DNA from: Paramecium tetraurelia
Lineage: Eukaryota
Reading direction: 5' to 3'
Assembly (NCBI GenBank): GCA_000165425.1
Contig: CT867988.1
Location: forward strand, 279,370 to 310,408
Length of the DNA: 31,039 nucleotides
The notes beneath the pieces were generated by a model. That model searched no databases. It worked only from the letters and a program-made list of their open reading frames with translations, and was not told the DNA's origin. The translations under genes and the position numbers were made by a program. Positions 26,845-31,039 of this stretch are shown piece after piece (positions within the stretch are counted from its first letter, which is position 1; the number at the start of each line of letters is the position of its first letter).

Positions 26845-28521
26845 ATGGAAAAAATAGAAAATGGTAAAGGTTTAACCAACTTTAGTTCTTTATTTTGTCT
26901 CAAAAAATTAAAAGTAAGAACCCAAGTTTTGATAATTCAAGTGATAATTCAATTTTTAATAGGAACTTTATTAACATTGATAAGTTACTTAGCTTATTAG
27001 TACATTATAGACATGTACTCAAATATCTCCCTGGAATTCTATGTTCTTTAATATTATAAAAAAACAGATATGATTACTAATTTATAAGTAAGAAGTTCTC
27101 AAGAAGTATTATTCAGAAGTTAAACTCATCTATTAAAGTCTGATTTCTTATATCAATTCATCTAAAGTGTAGAATTGTAATACATACAACAGCCATTGAA
27201 CTGTCTCAATTATGATAATAAATTGGACAAGTATCAATATGAATAAACATTTTGCTACGGCTTTTTTGGAGACTAAGCGTATTCACTTACCAATAAAGAT
27301 TTTTTGGCACTGAATTATTCCTCCTTTTTAACCCAAGTTTTACCTATAATGGATATGGATTTGGATTTGCTATTTTCAACAGTTGGTGATTAAATGTACT
27401 TTTCTATTTGGCCTGGTGATCCCTTTCCTAATTATAAGCCTCATAGAAGAATATGGTATACAAACCATCTGAAGTAGATAGAATAATAAAATTATAATTT
27501 GACTTACTTTAGTGATCCTTATATTTTATGGACTTGGTTTCTGTTTATGGTGACTTAAACAAGGAATATGACGAATTTAAATGGAGGATTGGATGGTGTA
27601 TTTGGAAGTGACTTAAACTTTAGTCTATTTCACACTTTATCATTGAAGTAAGAGAATGTTACATTTTCTATAATTGATTCAAAAGGACAATTTCTTTTGA
27701 GTTAATTTAATATAAGTGAAGACAAGTACATTTATGATACTGATATATCAGGATATACAATGGAGGATTTTGAGCAAATTAATAATTCATTGTATTAAAA
27801 GCCATTTATTAATAATTGTTCTAAGATTGATCAATTATTGAATAATGAAAAACTTTGTAGGTATAATTCAGTAACTAAATCTGAAGAATTGATAGTAGCA
27901 AAGATCTTGTACCCAACCGATTTGATATTGCTGATGTAAGAGATTTCAAATCTTATGGTTTTAGTTAAGTGGATCTTCTTGAAAAGGAGAAGGAATTACT
28001 GAATCAACTTACTCAAATCAAAAATGATTTTGAAGATTTCTTTAGAGAGTATATCATAATTGGAATTTCAACAGCATTATTTTCAATCATTTTGAGTTCA
28101 ATTATTATATATGTGACATTGAGTCCAATCACAAATCTAATCCTATATACTAGTTAATAGATTACAAAGGAATTCGATCTTATGCAACAGTAAATCAACT
28201 AAAAGATACATCTCAAAAAAAGCAAATACTCCTTAAAGACTATACAAGAATTGCATTAGGCTTTTAGAAAGATGAATATCAAGTTGTTTAACCACAAGGA
28301 AGGCAGAAAAAACAACACATGCACAGAACTTGAATAAATTCAGTTTCCTCTGAAACCTTTAGAGACATTGCCATTTGAATCCTCCAATATTCAGGTAAAG
28401 CGTCAAAGTAAATTAGAATTACAACTTTTAGGAAGACGATTTATAAGTGTTTTATCCATTTGAATTCTTGAAACTTCATTAAAAAAGAAAAAGACATTGG
28501 TACAATTATGTTTCAATTTGA
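26845..28521 (+). CDS. Two-TM membrane protein with dCache-like sensor domain and HAMP-like segment (~530-540 aa; paralog of 20..1507)
   Basis: TM1 is VLIIQVIIQFLIGTLLTLISYLAY. Cache-like motifs are NYKPHRRIWY..FSDPYILW..GVFGSDLNF..IIDSKGQ. TM2 is YIIIGISTALFSIILSSIIIYVTL. 29-nt intron at 27936-27964. The 3' end is 28521 if a 22-nt intron is spliced, otherwise 28463. Confidence 0.85.
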
Positions 28522-28759
28522 ATAACAAATTCAGTTAAATAAATTTTGATATTCTCTTTTGTTATAAATCAATATTATAATTCAATCTTTCTTGTAGCAT
28601 CATTAACATTATTGAGACAGTTGTGAGCATTAATTTGGAATTCAAAAGATTGCACTATCTTCTTTGAACTCAGAGATTGATATCTTTATAAGATAAATAA
28701 AATATATTCTGTTTAACTATAATAAAATATATAAAATAAACAGAAATATTCAAATTTGA

Positions 28760-30184
28760 ATGAGTAAGCACAAGCATAGAAGAACCTAATCAAATTCAGA
28801 AGTCGATTTAAGAAATGCTTTATGTCAATAGGATGATAAGAAACACTTCATTGAGATATTTAATCATGTATTCTAAAATGCCATTATTATTAATAGGCTT
28901 CGCACATTCAACCTTAAATTCCAGAAAAAGAAGTTATAATTGAAAAATTAGAAGATGATTATGCGATGCAACATCTCAAAGAGAATTGTGGTTTAACATT
29001 TGGCAATTCCAAAAAAAAATCAAATTTTGGATCCTATTAACCCAACAATCTCTTTTTGATTCCTGAATAGAATGATTTGTTGTCAAGTGTTGAATAAACC
29101 TAAGAATCAGGTAAAAAGCTCACTTCAGGAATGAAATTGAATGTTAATACTTAAAAAAGATAAACCAATAGCGTTGAACAAAAAAATAATAATGATCAAA
29201 AGGAGAATTTAAAAAATGAACATAATAGATAAAATTCGACATTAATAAGTTAGATTGTAAAATCATTATTAAATTCTAGTAAGCTCAATTAAGGGATGTC
29301 ACTCATTTGATGAATAGCGATAAATTAGATTTATTCAATAAAATGAGTTTTACTAAAGAACTACAAAAGAAAACTGCAATTTTACCTGTCCAAGTTCCAT
29401 TTAGTCATTAAACCACACTGCAACCATCCTTAAATCATAATTACTCTCAACAACAACAATCTTAATCTCAACATCAATAGCCATCAACTCAACTCAATAA
29501 TAATATACTCTAATAATAAAATCCTAATATTTAACCCTAATTATTAGTGCATCAAAATTCTTTAAAAAATGTTTCTAAACATACTATAACTCCAGATAGA
29601 AAAAGAACTCCTTCAATGGCAATTAATAAACCATCAGGAATAGAAGCACCATTCCAAAAATCTGATAAATCCATTAATGAAAGTGAGAAACCAAAAAATA
29701 ATTTATCAGTCTCGATTTTTAATAATCTTTTCCAATAAAATAAGAAAATTTCTATAAGTCATATCGCAAATAAACCAGATCAATAAAATGATTCTTTTAG
29801 AAAATTGGAAACTCAAATGAAAAAAATTGAAAGAGAATTAATGTCTTTAAAATAGAGGCAAGATTAACAGGATGAAATAAATAAAACTATTTAATAATAA
29901 CTACAACAAGTAATTCATGATAGTAGAAAGCAAAGAGAAGTATGAATTTATTTATATCAAAGCAAGGTCATTTGTCTTTAAAAAAGTTGGAGTAGCTTGA
30001 AATGATCACTAGAAGAAATGAAGAATCTATTATGTACCTGAGATAAACATTGGGGGGTCATAAGAGAATGGATTCAATGACACATCAAACGTAAACTTTT
30101 TATAATTATAAAAGTGATTCTACTGAATTGAGCGATCAACATAGAAGATTTACTGATTTAAAGAGTTTGAACAGATACATTTGA
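28760..30184 (+). CDS. Hypothetical low-complexity protein with C-terminal coiled coil (~441 aa, 4 introns)
   Basis: MSKHKHRRTQSNSEVDL... with introns of 29, 23, 23 and 24 nt giving 1326 nt, ending DLKSLNRYI-TGA. Confidence 0.75.
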
Positions 30185-30990
30185 ATCAAGTATTATTTTT
30201 GTAATTAATTTCAACAATTTTTCAATTTTTATTTCTCCCAATTAGTTTCAAAAATACTAAATTTAAAATAAATAGAACTGAATTTATAAAAATACTCATT
30301 GACTTTCATACTTAAATAATACTTGAGAAACTCCTAAAATTAACCTAAATTTCATACATTTTTTTTAATATTCCCTTAACATAATTTAGAGGAATCAAAT
30401 TTTAAGGAGATGTAGTAATTTTGGACAATTATAATGTGAAAAATCTTTAAATTAGCTTATTAAATCATCATCACTTTGTAAACAAAGATTTTATTTTTAT
30501 TCTCCATATTAATGCATTTAAATTTCGCTCCTCAATTCAATTCTTACTCTTTTAAAAATTAGATTTCTTTATTACTAATTTCAATTGAACTAAAGCATTA
30601 AAATAGTTCATTGATTTTAATTTCCATTTGTCTTTTACTTTTTGAATATCTACCTTTAAATTTCACTAAGTTAAATTTGATTTTATTATTATTATCCAAT
30701 TGCTTTATAATTTTCATTTGCAAGTGCACAATGAACAATATTATATATCTAAATAAGTCTATCAAATATAAACCTTCTATTATTCTTAGTTCGTGCATCT
30801 ACCATTAAAAACAATGCAATAAAAATATCATTAAGATCAGATTCCGAACTTAGCTTTAAAATCTATACATAATCCTCATATACCAGCAGTATTGATTTAA
30901 TTTATTTGTTTTCTTCAATATAGACTTTCTAGACATGGTTTTGAATTAATGATATCATTATTATAACAGTAATTTATACAAAAATATGTT

Positions 30991-31039
30991 TCAGAACAGT
31001 TAAAATCTAGATTGCACCGGGTTTTCTGGTGTCTAACTC
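30991..31039 (-). CDS. Possible 3' end of a gene extending beyond the window
   Basis: GC-richer stretch reading SQTPENPVQSRFQLF-TGA; too short to confirm. Confidence 0.3.

Noticed and set aside
30598..30808. Overlapping short track ORFs on both strands
   Set aside because: Low-complexity AT-rich sequence with no motif support.

Overview
AT-rich eukaryotic DNA, almost certainly from a Paramecium macronuclear chromosome. Long reading frames appear only when TAA/TAG are read as Gln and TGA is the sole stop (genetic code 6), and genes carry tiny 20-35 nt GT..AG introns. The supplied standard-code ORF track is therefore mostly fragments or antisense artefacts. I re-translated the window by hand and found about 16 intact genes. 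They include two paralogous TM-dCache-TM-HAMP-like receptor proteins, a TBC RabGAP, a probable mitoribosomal bS21m, casein kinase I, a Q/N-rich protein, a DUF922-like protein, a cathepsin L homolog lacking its catalytic Cys, a PH-like/CAMK kinase, an acidic multi-SIM protein and a divergent UNC-50. They are interleaved with several decaying pseudogenes (CDPK, EF-hand protein, others). The most notable signals are bacterial-chemoreceptor-like sensors carrying the amino-acid-binding dCache motif but no output domain, and an adjacent convergent pair of apparently catalytically dead proteases. Family calls come from motif recognition only; no database searches were run.
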